Part shown: positions 51,322-61,364 of the stretch, one piece after another
How the letters are laid out: every line of letters begins with the position of its first letter
How positions within the stretch are numbered: position 1 is the first letter of the stretch
Source of the DNA: a phage
Reading direction: 5' to 3' (one strand)
Assembly (NCBI GenBank): GCA_014435945.1
Contig: GCA_014435945.1_4088.1
Length of the DNA stretch: 64,000 bases
Notes under the pieces: generated by a model
What the model saw: only the letters and a program-made list of their open reading frames with translations
Database searches by the model: none
What the model was told of the DNA's origin: nothing
Translations under genes and position numbers: made by a program

Positions 51322-51481
51322 AATCGTTTAACCGGATAGCTTCTAGTCGGTACTGAATTCCTCCTTTTGTCTAGAAGCTATCACTCTTTTAAAGTATAAT
51401 GATATCACCCTCATGGATCATTATATTCGTTACCCTCTAACAGTATCTTTTTTATTCCTCTTTGATACTGTATTTTAGAAG

Positions 51482-51511
51482 TTGACATTTTTACTTCTAC
51501 TGTGTTATACT
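51482..51511 (+). promoter_or_regulatory. sigma70-type promoter
   Basis: TTGACA-N18-TATACT. Confidence 0.45.
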
Positions 51512-51514
51512 TAA

Positions 51515-51545
51515 GGCTGATTCATTATGAATCGGCCTTTTTTCT
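51515..51545 (+). terminator. hairpin plus T-run immediately downstream of promoter
   Basis: GGCTGATTCA / TGAATCGGCC then TTTTTT. Confidence 0.45.
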
Positions 51546-51561
51546 TGTGGGGATTAATGTA

Positions 51562-51978
51562 ATGAATAAAGAAGTTATTAGTTTAATTGATGAGTATATC
51601 AACCAAACATATCGTTTGATATTTTTAAATGAATTTGAGTCCAGAACAACGTATTATTCTGGTGAATATGAGATAATGACTGGATCATTTCTTAACGGAT
51701 ACATGGAGTTTTTAGAACAAAGCGATAATGTTTTCATTTCCATATCTGAAAAACATGGTGATGATTATGTTATTGATGTATGGCCTAATAAAGTAGAGAT
51801 TAACACTACAAAGAAAATTGTAATTGATGTGGATGAATCGTTGTATGATTTAACTGAAGATATGTACATGCAACTAAATTTCGTATACGACCTAACTAAC
51901 ATAAGTTATTCTAATCTAAGTAAATTATTTTATATTTCAGGTGTACTACATAAAAACGTACAACAAAATAAAGGATAA
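51562..51978 (+). CDS. paralog family A protein (divergent)
   Basis: TEDMYMQLNFVYDL; start placed after hairpin. Confidence 0.45.
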   Translation: MNKEVISLIDEYINQTYRLIFLNEFESRTTYYSGEYEIMTGSFLNGYMEFLEQSDNVFISISEKHGDDYVIDVWPNKVEINTTKKIVIDVDESLYDLTEDMYMQLNFVYDLTNISYSNLSKLFYISGVLHKNVQQNKG

Positions 51979-51986
51979 ACATTTAA

Positions 51987-52391
51987 ATGATGAAAATTCC
52001 ACCACATGCACTATCTATGCTAATTGAAAATGGTGTAATATTTTCTGAAGGGTGTGGTTCATTCTATACATGTGACGTGGAGCCGTACACATTTGAATAC
52101 CGTTCATTTAAAAATACATTGAGTGTTCCATGTGAAGCTTCTGACAACATTGTACTTGTCGTTTCGTTCTATGGTGTGCCAAAATTCTTCATTGATATAT
52201 ATTATGATTCTTTTAAGATACAAACATACGATCATTTTCTTGGTGAAGTGCTCTTGCAAATGCAGATTGAACATGTTACTATAGATGAAGATATGTTCTT
52301 TCAGCTATCTACTGTATACGATATGTGTGGATTGACAGTTGACAACATTAATGGTATCTTTGAAATTGCCAGAACCCTACGAGGAAGATGA
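51987..52391 (+). CDS. paralog family A protein
   Basis: DEDMFFQLSTVYDM. Confidence 0.55.
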   Translation: MMKIPPHALSMLIENGVIFSEGCGSFYTCDVEPYTFEYRSFKNTLSVPCEASDNIVLVVSFYGVPKFFIDIYYDSFKIQTYDHFLGEVLLQMQIEHVTIDEDMFFQLSTVYDMCGLTVDNINGIFEIARTLRGR

Positions 52392-52392
52392 T

Positions 52393-52809
52393 ATGGTCAA
52401 AATTTTAAGTGACAATGCGGTTGATATTGTCATTGATGTACTTGAAAACAGTAATACATTTGAGAAGAAACACAGTACTGTATACTTCGGTGAAGATTGT
52501 TGGCTAAGTTATACATCTAATAATTCGTTTATAATTCGTGTTGAAAAGGGTGATGTTGGATTAACGATACATGCCTCCTATACTAAAACTGATAAACAAA
52601 TAACTGTCATCGCTAACAAGCCAAGTACATCCGATTTCTGGGATAGTATTGATGATTGTGAACACTACACGTCAACATTCTATGATACAGAAGAAGAACA
52701 TTTCATGGATAGTACTGTTAAAGAATTATCTGTTCCATTTAAACTTATGAAAGCAGCAAGAGATTTTATTTTAAAATACAAAAAAACAGGAGTTGATGAT
52801 GCAATTTAA
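52393..52809 (+). CDS. paralog family A protein
   Basis: TEEEHFMDSTVKEL. Confidence 0.5.
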   Translation: MVKILSDNAVDIVIDVLENSNTFEKKHSTVYFGEDCWLSYTSNNSFIIRVEKGDVGLTIHASYTKTDKQITVIANKPSTSDFWDSIDDCEHYTSTFYDTEEEHFMDSTVKELSVPFKLMKAARDFILKYKKTGVDDAI

Positions 52810-53245
52810 TGGTAAGGTTTCTAAAGTAGGTTTAGTTTTTGAAAATTGTGAGTTCATTGAGATTGATGTAAAGAATGTTTTATGGATGCATATTGCTGAC
52901 GAGAAAACTCTTTGTAGTCGTTTTTCCAACGGTCTAACTATTAGTACTGGTATTGGTGAGTTCGGTATCGCATTACGTAGTGACACACCATCTGATTTCA
53001 TGGATAACTCAACACTGTTAGAACGTTTAAAAATGCGTGATGTTACACACGTTTATCTATATGATACTAACGGTGTTGAACAGCGTTATGTAGTTGAATG
53101 GGCTAATTATAACCTTAGTGATCAGTATTCAGTAAACCAGCGTGTACAACTCACCCCTGGTGGTAATATTGTGTTTGTTAGTTCAACTGGTAAATTAATC
53201 AGTGTAGATGATGCAAATATTGATTTATTCACTTCATATAACTAA
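52793..53245 (+). CDS. hypothetical protein
   Basis: 150-aa ORF. Confidence 0.5.
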   Translation: MMMQFNGKVSKVGLVFENCEFIEIDVKNVLWMHIADEKTLCSRFSNGLTISTGIGEFGIALRSDTPSDFMDNSTLLERLKMRDVTHVYLYDTNGVEQRYVVEWANYNLSDQYSVNQRVQLTPGGNIVFVSSTGKLISVDDANIDLFTSYN

Positions 53246-53256
53246 TACGAACTACT

Positions 53257-53676
53257 ATGAAAACAATCAAAACACATTTCAAAGATACATGGACAGAAGT
53301 AAGTACTGGTAATATTCAAGATATTGTATACAGTACTGAAACTATTCATGTCTATGATGAAGAGACAGCAGCCGAACAGTTAAAGGTATTGCATCGTAGT
53401 GTAGGTGAACACACCGAGTATGGTGTCAAACATACTCGTGAATTGGTAAGTACTGATCATATTGACACACGTACTGTAAATCTATCAAAAGAAGAAATGT
53501 TTGATTTTATTCTAAACAATACTTTAACAATTCAACCAGATGGATCACTATACAGTAAAACAGATGGTACACAAGTTCGTAAAAAGTACAATGTGACCAT
53601 CAATGATACGGTGATGTCTGGATATGATTTAGTTGATGCAATCAACGAGTACGTTTCTATGCAGAGGTTGAAATGA
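53257..53676 (+). CDS. hypothetical protein
   Basis: 139-aa ORF. Confidence 0.5.
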   Translation: MKTIKTHFKDTWTEVSTGNIQDIVYSTETIHVYDEETAAEQLKVLHRSVGEHTEYGVKHTRELVSTDHIDTRTVNLSKEEMFDFILNNTLTIQPDGSLYSKTDGTQVRKKYNVTINDTVMSGYDLVDAINEYVSMQRLK

Positions 53677-54038
53677 TTAATCTGATATATTTTACAATTA
53701 TTTGTTGCATTACTATTGTACTTTGTCGTCTAATTCATGTATACTCATATCATAAAGCGTTGAGAATCGAACAAGAGATTTACAACGAAAACCGTGAGCC
53801 AGAGCCAGAGAAGCTACCCCGCTCACCATATGCATTGAAGCGTGAGATGCATTCGGAGAGTAAGAAGTGGGGTTATGCAATAACCAAGCATGGTTATATC
53901 TACACTGCTGCAAATGGCTATTTTCAAATTCACCATGATCTTTCAGTTGCGATTGGAATTTTATGGGAAATGGAGGATATAGGTGGTTATGAGCGTACTA
54001 AATTTCCAAACTTACAAAATGATCCAGGAACTTCATGA
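53673..54038 (+). CDS. membrane-anchored protein
   Basis: N-terminal hydrophobic helix. Confidence 0.45.
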   Translation: MINLIYFTIICCITIVLCRLIHVYSYHKALRIEQEIYNENREPEPEKLPRSPYALKREMHSESKKWGYAITKHGYIYTAANGYFQIHHDLSVAIGILWEMEDIGGYERTKFPNLQNDPGTS

Positions 54039-54192
54039 AGAACATGATATAATTGTAGATGTAGAAAAGAAGGAAGTTGTTATGAAGAAGCAAGCATATC
54101 GCATCTTAGACAACTTCTATCTTAAGGCATTTATAATGAAGTTCTGTGCAGACGAGCACTTAACAGGACGTGTTATACGCAAGGAGTCGTAG

Positions 54193-54534
54193 ATGGACAT
54201 GAGTTCAACAATTCAGTACTTGAGCGAGAATTTTGTCAAAATCATTTCACGTGGTGGTATGATTGTGCATCCTGAAACTGAAGATATGTATATCATTCGT
54301 TTTGATACAAATTCTTATGATCAAGTACTTGTTGTTTCGAAATTGGTAGGTTATAATGAAGTCGTTCAGTTCTGCTGTACCGAGTTCGGTATCTATATTA
54401 AAGATGCAGAAACCAATGAGATTTCACATTATTTTTATCACACACTGATGGGTACTAAAGATTTTGGATTGAAATTCAATGATTTAGTACAATGTCACTA
54501 TATGTTTAAAACATACCCAGCATCTGGGAAATAA
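54193..54534 (+). CDS. hypothetical protein
   Basis: 113-aa ORF. Confidence 0.45.
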   Translation: MDMSSTIQYLSENFVKIISRGGMIVHPETEDMYIIRFDTNSYDQVLVVSKLVGYNEVVQFCCTEFGIYIKDAETNEISHYFYHTLMGTKDFGLKFNDLVQCHYMFKTYPASGK

Positions 54535-54545
54535 GGAGTAACAAT

Positions 54546-55388
54546 ATGAGCAACATTTTCTTCAAAACCATTTCCTTCAAAAAAGAATCTTACTCTTACG
54601 CTTATGTAGATGGTAAAGTACTCAATATCGTTCTAGATGGTAAAGTACTCAATATCGTTCTAGATGGTGTTGATGTGCCTGTTCAATTTACCAGTCATCA
54701 AGAAGCGATTGAGGGTGCTCAAGAGCTTAACAGCTTACTAAATGGCATTGAGAAGAAACCTGAAGTTAAATCTGACCTTGATTTATTGGTTGACAAAATT
54801 AAAAGTGGTGAACTATTATCAATTCTAGACCAGTGTAATGAAAAATTACGTGGTGTTGTTGGTGATGTACGTACTACAGTTCAAGATCGTCTACTTGAGC
54901 AAGCATTCAAAGAAGTTACTAAGAAAACTGAAGAACGTGTTGAAGGTATGATTAAAAACATTGATGACGTTCTCACTCATATGTTCACCAAGCCATACGA
55001 ATCAAGTACTGATTCTGAAGAGAAACAAGAAGAACCAGTAGAACGCACCAAGCCATCTATTGTTACTAAAGTTAAACATAGTTTTGGTTCACTGGATGAT
55101 GTATTTGGCTTTACAAATGTACGTGTTAGTACTGATGAAAAGCCAGAAGTTGATGAAATGCTAATTGGTGACATGACAACTGGTCAACTCAAAAAAGAGA
55201 TTGATACCTTTGTTAATGAACTAATTAGTTCTGAACGTGCTGAAAATATGTTTAGCAGTATTTCAGCAAACTTCGGTAAAGAAGCAACTGAGCAAGCAGT
55301 ACAGGCATTCAAAGATTTGATTTACACTGTTGCAATTGCTAATCCAGAACAAACACTGGAAGAAGTTCTACGTAAAAACTTCAAATAA
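54546..55388 (+). CDS. hypothetical protein with internal 9-aa tandem duplication
   Basis: 280-aa ORF; GKVLNIVLD x2 encoded by perfect 27-bp repeat. Confidence 0.55.
   Translation: MSNIFFKTISFKKESYSYAYVDGKVLNIVLDGKVLNIVLDGVDVPVQFTSHQEAIEGAQELNSLLNGIEKKPEVKSDLDLLVDKIKSGELLSILDQCNEKLRGVVGDVRTTVQDRLLEQAFKEVTKKTEERVEGMIKNIDDVLTHMFTKPYESSTDSEEKQEEPVERTKPSIVTKVKHSFGSLDDVFGFTNVRVSTDEKPEVDEMLIGDMTTGQLKKEIDTFVNELISSERAENMFSSISANFGKEATEQAVQAFKDLIYTVAIANPEQTLEEVLRKNFK
54609..54662 (+). repeat. perfect in-frame 27-bp tandem duplication
   Basis: GATGGTAAAGTACTCAATATCGTTCTA x2. Confidence 0.85.
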
Positions 55389-55402
55389 GATATAGATAAA
55401 AG

Positions 55403-55432
55403 AAAAGCCACTACAATGTAGTGGCTTTTTTG
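55403..55432. terminator. bidirectional intrinsic terminator between convergent genes
   Basis: AAAAGCCACTACAATGTAGTGGCTTTTTT. Confidence 0.65.
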
Positions 55433-56590
55433 TTATGCGTTATAACCAACAATGACTACAGTACAGCCAAATGGTTCAACAACTTTTAATACAACATTAT
55501 CATCTGCATCGAGTTCAACTTCACTTAGTACAACGTGATTGTCTTCAGCATAGACTTGAACTTGTGGGAGGATTTTACCATGTTCACTAGCAGGGATTGA
55601 CAGTGTATACATGGAATCACCATCAACTACCCAATCACTATCGGTATACGTATTGTGATATGGAGTGGTGTGTAAGGTTTTACCAATAATACTCAATGAG
55701 ATTGGAGCGTCATCGGTTTGGTACACAGTGATATTACCGCTAGGATCTACAATGAGGTCTACTCCAATTTGGAATAAATCACCACTGTATGCTTGTAGAG
55801 CAAGATACTCACCACGCTCATGCACAGTAGCTGGCACAGTTGCCATATACATGCCATCGGACGTGTACTCAAACTGCGATAGAAGTACTGAAGTAACGAA
55901 GTCAATATCTTCGCCGCTTTCTAGTATATCAAATTCAATAGTTTTGGTATTATATATGTCAGAAGTGAGGATGATGGTTCCTTTACCGGATTGAGTAATT
56001 GGATCAACTGGAATACTAAAAACATCATCAATTATTTCAGTTGTGAAGTACTCGGTTCCGTCAGGAAGTATAACGGTAATACGCATTCCAGTTGTATCAA
56101 TGACTGAACCTGCGTTGAATAGGCGACCACCTACCAAATCATCACCTACGAACGTTGGGAACATAAGGATGTTGTCTATATCTCTATCTATAATCCCGCA
56201 TTCAGGGGTGTACATATTATATAGTGTTTGTGAACTACCTAGAATTGTTTTGTGCAAAAGAAACTTATAAACAAACCCAGTAGGATCTGATTCAAGTTTA
56301 GCATCTGAGTATCCTCTTACGAAAAAAGAGTTCTTTCTTATTTCACTTAGGATTTGGTCATTAGTTTTGTTGTAGTTTAATTGATATCCTTGTATATCCT
56401 TTGTTGTAATTTGTACTTTACGATAAATTACATTACTTACAGGATCAAGTAAATCATATAATCTATGGCTTCTCTGACGATAGATTCGAACATTTTTGAG
56501 TTTAGTCCCATCGTTGAGAATTGCACCATCGACTACATAACCACATTCACCGAACTTATATCGTCCAGCAGCAGCAATCGATCTTGACAT
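55433..56590 (-). CDS. hypothetical protein encoded convergently on the minus strand
   Basis: 385-aa ORF, only long minus-strand gene in the accessory region; shares terminator with upstream + gene. Confidence 0.6.
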   Translation of the reverse strand: MSRSIAAAGRYKFGECGYVVDGAILNDGTKLKNVRIYRQRSHRLYDLLDPVSNVIYRKVQITTKDIQGYQLNYNKTNDQILSEIRKNSFFVRGYSDAKLESDPTGFVYKFLLHKTILGSSQTLYNMYTPECGIIDRDIDNILMFPTFVGDDLVGGRLFNAGSVIDTTGMRITVILPDGTEYFTTEIIDDVFSIPVDPITQSGKGTIILTSDIYNTKTIEFDILESGEDIDFVTSVLLSQFEYTSDGMYMATVPATVHERGEYLALQAYSGDLFQIGVDLIVDPSGNITVYQTDDAPISLSIIGKTLHTTPYHNTYTDSDWVVDGDSMYTLSIPASEHGKILPQVQVYAEDNHVVLSEVELDADDNVVLKVVEPFGCTVVIVGYNA

Positions 56591-56650
56591 TCATCCCTCC
56601 ATTGGTATAATTATTATAATGTATTTATTATGGATAGGTAAAAAAGCACC

Positions 56651-56679
56651 TTGACTGAGTTGTGTTTTTGACGTATACT
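56651..56679 (+). promoter_or_regulatory. sigma70-type promoter
   Basis: TTGACT-N17-TATACT. Confidence 0.45.
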
Positions 56680-56706
56680 TAAATGGAATATCAATAAGGG
56701 GATTTT

Positions 56707-57291
56707 ATGAGTGTTGTAGAAAAGCGATTAGTACTGAAAAATGGCAAAATGACTGTTAAGCTATACAAAGATGAAGCTGATTCTTTTATGGCTAAAGCAA
56801 TTGAGAAATCTGAACGATATAAGATTCTTGCACCTGCAAGTAAATCGCCGTATGGATTTAATCACGCTCACAGTCATTTTGTAGGGATGGTATGTGAACA
56901 TGCATCATTTGTACTTTTTAATGAAATTGAAAACTATTCAGGTATTGCACTTAACATTGATCCAGCGTTCCAAAGTGATGGTCGTGATGGTGAATGTGAT
57001 ATCAAAGTAAACAACTTAAGAATTGAAGTGAAAGGCATCAAGTACAAATCGTGGACCGACTTTGGACCATGTGTTAGTACTCGACAGTTAAAAAATATAC
57101 AGAAAAAAGCTGACGTTATTCTGTGGGTATTGTATAATGAGAAAAAGCAAGAATTCACATTTGAGGGATTCAACTATGTAAAAGACATTAGTTCGATTCC
57201 AGTTGTGCTAACAGGTGTACCAGGGCGACCAATGATTGAAAATCACCCAGTACTGAGTATTATTAAACCACTTCAGGAGTTACCATTATGA
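56707..57291 (+). CDS. hypothetical protein (possible PD-(D/E)xK-like motif)
   Basis: DGECDIKV...EVKG pattern; weak. Confidence 0.4.
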   Translation: MSVVEKRLVLKNGKMTVKLYKDEADSFMAKAIEKSERYKILAPASKSPYGFNHAHSHFVGMVCEHASFVLFNEIENYSGIALNIDPAFQSDGRDGECDIKVNNLRIEVKGIKYKSWTDFGPCVSTRQLKNIQKKADVILWVLYNEKKQEFTFEGFNYVKDISSIPVVLTGVPGRPMIENHPVLSIIKPLQELPL

Positions 57292-57515
57292 TTACTGCCA
57301 CTGTATATCAAGATATTAATGAAGAATTTAATTCTAAAATTGCATTTTTATCCTTTCCCGTATTGCCAGCTATTGGTGCTACGTTGAATCTTACAATCTG
57401 TGGCTTTGAAAAATACTATGAAGTACTATATATTGAGTACTGTGCAGATGTTTATTCATGCAACAGTGAGATTGCTATTCCTGTGCAAATCGACATTATT
57501 GTAAAAGAGGTTTGA
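57288..57515 (+). CDS. hypothetical protein
   Basis: 75-aa ORF. Confidence 0.4.
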   Translation: MITATVYQDINEEFNSKIAFLSFPVLPAIGATLNLTICGFEKYYEVLYIEYCADVYSCNSEIAIPVQIDIIVKEV

Positions 57516-57976
57516 TTATGTTTAAACACTTTCTAGTAATCACTGCTGTTGTATTCAGTACTTCCTGCTTCGTTGCACCAGTACATGCGGAAGACCAGCG
57601 TCAAACAATCAAGACGATTGGAACAGGGAAAGCCCAACCAAAACGTACTGCTGAAGAATACATGCCTGAGATGCGTGAACGTTACCGCCAGCAATACCGT
57701 GAAAAACATGCTAATGATAAGCCTATCAAAAAGCATAAATGGAATGTAGTCAAATCGCCATCGTTTTGTGCTGGGTATGCTAAGGTTAAGGATGAACAGC
57801 ACAACAAGCAGTACTATAAAGATATGTACACATTCTATGATTCGAGGATCTCGGATGATGACATGATGGCTGCTAAGGTTGATAAAGAAGAATTTCTTCA
57901 GGGTTATGACATGACCGATGATGACAAGATCATGGAATGTGTTGAAGTATATGAAAAATACAGAGGTTTTGAATGA
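57512..57976 (+). CDS. secreted protein
   Basis: N-terminal signal-peptide-like MIMFKHFLVITAVVFSTSCFVAPVHA. Confidence 0.5.
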   Translation: MIMFKHFLVITAVVFSTSCFVAPVHAEDQRQTIKTIGTGKAQPKRTAEEYMPEMRERYRQQYREKHANDKPIKKHKWNVVKSPSFCAGYAKVKDEQHNKQYYKDMYTFYDSRISDDDMMAAKVDKEEFLQGYDMTDDDKIMECVEVYEKYRGFE

Positions 57977-58416
57977 CACTTTTGCTGATTCTAGGTTTAT
58001 TAGTGTCATATTTCATTTTTCTTAACATCTTCTCTGATGCATCACATTTTGCATATGCTTCAGCTATTGCAAAACACGAAGGGATAAAGAAGTATATTCC
58101 TGCATTGTTATTCTCATATATGTACCATCCAAGGTACTTTACACTAGGTGTGTTTGACAAGTATGTATACGACGAAAAAGCACTCAATGAAATTGAATAC
58201 TTTGTAAGAACTCATGCTAATAACAATCCAAAATCATTAATTAACTTTACTGATAATCGTAAACGTGTTAGTATTAGAAGTGACTTGTATCCTACCAGTC
58301 ACTTTCATCTAGGCGATTGTAGTGTGTACAGAGTTAGATACGAAAACTTACTGTTACCACCATCACATATAAGATACATAGAAAAATACTTGTTGAAATG
58401 TGTTGACTCCAAATAG
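57973..58416 (+). CDS. membrane-anchored protein
   Basis: N-terminal hydrophobic helix. Confidence 0.45.
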   Translation: MTLLLILGLLVSYFIFLNIFSDASHFAYASAIAKHEGIKKYIPALLFSYMYHPRYFTLGVFDKYVYDEKALNEIEYFVRTHANNNPKSLINFTDNRKRVSIRSDLYPTSHFHLGDCSVYRVRYENLLLPPSHIRYIEKYLLKCVDSK

Positions 58417-58469
58417 TAAATGGCAGTATAATATCTTCGTACCGCAATAACTGACAAGAGGATTTAACG

Positions 58470-58928
58470 ATGGACGTATTAGCTACTCAATTCAAACGCA
58501 ACGCAGAAGAACGTGAAGGTTACCTAAGTATCAGTGAAGTGGTTGAAGATGGATTCAAGCAGTACATTTTCAACAGTGCAATTAAACTGAAGCCAACAAA
58601 AGATTCACCGGATCGCAGCTTCACCAAGTGGATTGCATTCTGGGAAGAGTCACCAATTGCAATCGAAATGACTGTCATTACTACAGTACTGGAAACTGGT
58701 TACATCAAAGCAATTGTAGTTGATAAGAAAGTTCGTACTCTTGATGAAATCGGGACATACCCAGCACGTAACTCTAAAGTATTTGGGTGTTTAGTTGATG
58801 GTAAGTTTATGATTGAAAAAGATGCTAAGAACTATGTAATTGATAAACTACAAACCAGTGCTACTAAACAGGAAGTCGTAGACCAGAACGCAGTGGATGC
58901 TATTAAAAAGGCATGGGGACTGAAATAA
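58470..58928 (+). CDS. hypothetical protein
   Basis: 152-aa ORF. Confidence 0.5.
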   Translation: MDVLATQFKRNAEEREGYLSISEVVEDGFKQYIFNSAIKLKPTKDSPDRSFTKWIAFWEESPIAIEMTVITTVLETGYIKAIVVDKKVRTLDEIGTYPARNSKVFGCLVDGKFMIEKDAKNYVIDKLQTSATKQEVVDQNAVDAIKKAWGLK

Positions 58929-59350
58929 TGTTCACACTTAGCAATGCAAAGTATCTATTTCTTATTGCTATTATTGGTTGGGTTATGGCTCCAGTGCTTA
59001 ATGCACTGGGGTTTCCAGACGGACATAAACTTGTAAATGTTTCAGGTGTAATCCAGGGCATTTCATGGTATTCATTGATTATATTTTCTATATGTATTCA
59101 TACATTTGCACGTGATTGCCGCCGTCTGTTTTTTGTTAAAGTATTCGGTACTAAGAGATATAGTTTTGTGTTTACATTTATTTTAATACCATGTATTATC
59201 TATGCTTTTGTATTTGATTACTATACTTATCTGTGGGTGTGTGGTTCTATGTTTGTTATGTTGGAATATACAAGAACTGTTCAAAACTCATATGCTGATG
59301 AGTATTATGATCTTGAAGTTAAACGAAAATTAACGGAGCTAAACAAATGA
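58928..59350 (+). CDS. multi-pass membrane protein
   Basis: several hydrophobic helices. Confidence 0.45.
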   Translation: MFTLSNAKYLFLIAIIGWVMAPVLNALGFPDGHKLVNVSGVIQGISWYSLIIFSICIHTFARDCRRLFFVKVFGTKRYSFVFTFILIPCIIYAFVFDYYTYLWVCGSMFVMLEYTRTVQNSYADEYYDLEVKRKLTELNK

Positions 59351-59772
59351 GGGGATACAATAAGATTTGTATTTTTGTATTTTTAGTTTGTGCAATCAAT
59401 ACATTTGGATATTACTGTACTGAAAACAACATTTCATATGGTTTAAATCCTTTGTGGTTTACAATTGCCAATGTAGCACAAATTGGTATTGCTGTTATGT
59501 CTGCACTTATGTTCTGTCCAATTGTCACTATGGATACTGATCATGAAAGGCTTGGATTTATCCGTGATACTGGAGACGAACCTTACAGTAGATTGATTGT
59601 GTTGTATCCATTTATTGTTATTTTAGGTACTAACATCCAACTTGGGTCTTTATCTAATAGTGTTACTTCAGCAGCCATTACAGTCTTTGCATTCACATTT
59701 TTTATGGTACACAAATCAGTACTCAAATGGCACATCACAAAAATGGCAGAGAAAGGTACGGAAAACAGTTGA
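59347..59772 (+). CDS. multi-pass membrane protein
   Basis: several hydrophobic helices. Confidence 0.45.
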   Translation: MRGYNKICIFVFLVCAINTFGYYCTENNISYGLNPLWFTIANVAQIGIAVMSALMFCPIVTMDTDHERLGFIRDTGDEPYSRLIVLYPFIVILGTNIQLGSLSNSVTSAAITVFAFTFFMVHKSVLKWHITKMAEKGTENS

Positions 59773-59831
59773 CGTGAGTTATTGAGAGATATATAATTAT
59801 TACATCAAAACTGGGAAATGGTAAGGAACTT

Positions 59832-60083
59832 ATGAACATCGATAAGGTCAAAGAACTTAGTGAAGCACTAATTAAGAACGAAGAAGCTTGTGAAGAACTT
59901 CGCAGTACTATCAAAGTTGAGTACGCACGTCTTCAAGCTATGCTTCAGGAATCCGAATGGGTAGTAACTAAATCTATCGAAGCAATCTATAAGGATATCG
60001 AATCCCTTTTCAACAAGAAAAGTAAGATTGAATCTGATTCATACAATAAGCGTAAAGAATTAAATTCGGCACTCGGTATCTAA
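59832..60083 (+). CDS. hypothetical coiled-coil protein
   Basis: 83-aa ORF followed by terminator. Confidence 0.45.
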   Translation: MNIDKVKELSEALIKNEEACEELRSTIKVEYARLQAMLQESEWVVTKSIEAIYKDIESLFNKKSKIESDSYNKRKELNSALGI

Positions 60084-60108
60084 AAGTATTTGACTTAACC
60101 AATGACAT

Positions 60109-60135
60109 GGAGTACATTGTACTCCTACTTTATTC
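60109..60135 (+). terminator. hairpin (weak T-run), same stem as 26628
   Basis: GGAGTACATTGTACTCC. Confidence 0.4.
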
Positions 60136-60157
60136 AAAAGCCTAAAAGGAAAACATT

Positions 60158-60418
60158 ATGAAATCTATTCTCGTTGCTGTAAACCTGGTTGCTTCTCCAT
60201 CTTTCAACTTCAAACAAGTTGTTGCTGATAACCTGAAGAACATTTGCCCTAACGCTGAATTGACTTTCTGTGTGTTTGATTCAGAAAAAGTAACTAAAGT
60301 TGATCTAAACTATCTTTTGAACGAAGTACAAAGTATTTCTGGTGAAAGTAATTTGGAAGTACTGAATACGGTTGCTGATGACTATGATGATACACTGGTA
60401 ATTTCGGAGAAATTCTAA
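60158..60418 (+). CDS. hypothetical protein
   Basis: 86-aa ORF. Confidence 0.45.
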   Translation: MKSILVAVNLVASPSFNFKQVVADNLKNICPNAELTFCVFDSEKVTKVDLNYLLNEVQSISGESNLEVLNTVADDYDDTLVISEKF

Positions 60419-60423
60419 ATCCA

Positions 60424-60843
60424 ATGCTTAGATTTATACATTACTTAATCAGTAAGTTCTTTGGTTATTATACTATTGAAGGTAAAGCTACGCTTGCACA
60501 TAAAATCTTTGTAGCATTATGTGTGGGTGATTATGACGTATTGAATAAGTACTGTAAATCTAAAGCATGTATTGACATAATGGCACTTCGTATCTATGAG
60601 TGTCAGTTCAATAGATATAATTTTTACCAGTACAGATATGATAAAGATGATTTTGATAGCATTAAAATGCTAAAGAATTTATGTAATAATAAAAAGAATA
60701 TGCATATATCTGAATTTGTTGCATTGTATTTTTATTTAAAAAGTTCATTATACATGAATACACTTAAACGCTTCGATCCTGGAATTAATGTATTCAACGA
60801 TAAAGAATTTTATATCTATGATAAATTTTTAGATAAGGTTTAA
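60424..60843 (+). CDS. hypothetical protein
   Basis: 139-aa ORF. Confidence 0.45.
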   Translation: MLRFIHYLISKFFGYYTIEGKATLAHKIFVALCVGDYDVLNKYCKSKACIDIMALRIYECQFNRYNFYQYRYDKDDFDSIKMLKNLCNNKKNMHISEFVALYFYLKSSLYMNTLKRFDPGINVFNDKEFYIYDKFLDKV

Positions 60844-60844
60844 T

Positions 60845-61342
60845 ATGACGACTGTTTATATTGATAAACGCTTGGGAGTATTACTTACTGATTCAAAAGT
60901 GACATCAACTGAGCAACGTTCATTTTTGAACCTATTCCCGTTGAAGCCAAAACTTAGTTATGGTGTAGTTTCACAAAAAACATTGTATGTACACGACCGA
61001 CTGTTTAGTGCTTGCGGTGAGGTTAGTGAAATTAACAAAGTACTGAGATACTTGATTTCACAAGAGACTGTGATACCAGACCGCAAGGCGAGTTGTCACT
61101 GTGTTCTTGTGTCAAAAGATTACATCATTCACTTAATCGTTAATAAGGGTAAGTTTACCAAGAAGATTGATTATCTCCATAATGATTATACATTCTTTAT
61201 GGGTAGTGGTGGTGAATACATGCTTGATGCAGCAGTACATGAAGAGTGTAATACTCTTCTTGATAAGGTATTTGATACCTTCATGGATGTTCATAACCAT
61301 GATATCTATACCGATGATAATATTAATGTATACCGTTTTTGA
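60845..61342 (+). CDS. hypothetical protein
   Basis: 165-aa ORF. Confidence 0.45.
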   Translation: MTTVYIDKRLGVLLTDSKVTSTEQRSFLNLFPLKPKLSYGVVSQKTLYVHDRLFSACGEVSEINKVLRYLISQETVIPDRKASCHCVLVSKDYIIHLIVNKGKFTKKIDYLHNDYTFFMGSGGEYMLDAAVHEECNTLLDKVFDTFMDVHNHDIYTDDNINVYRF

Positions 61343-61364
61343 TTTCATTCATTAGGAGAAGTAA

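Noticed and set aside
53983-54192. 69-aa ORF overlapping the end of 53673..54038
   Set aside because: Mostly overlaps the upstream gene in another frame; a start at 54019 is possible but lacks support.
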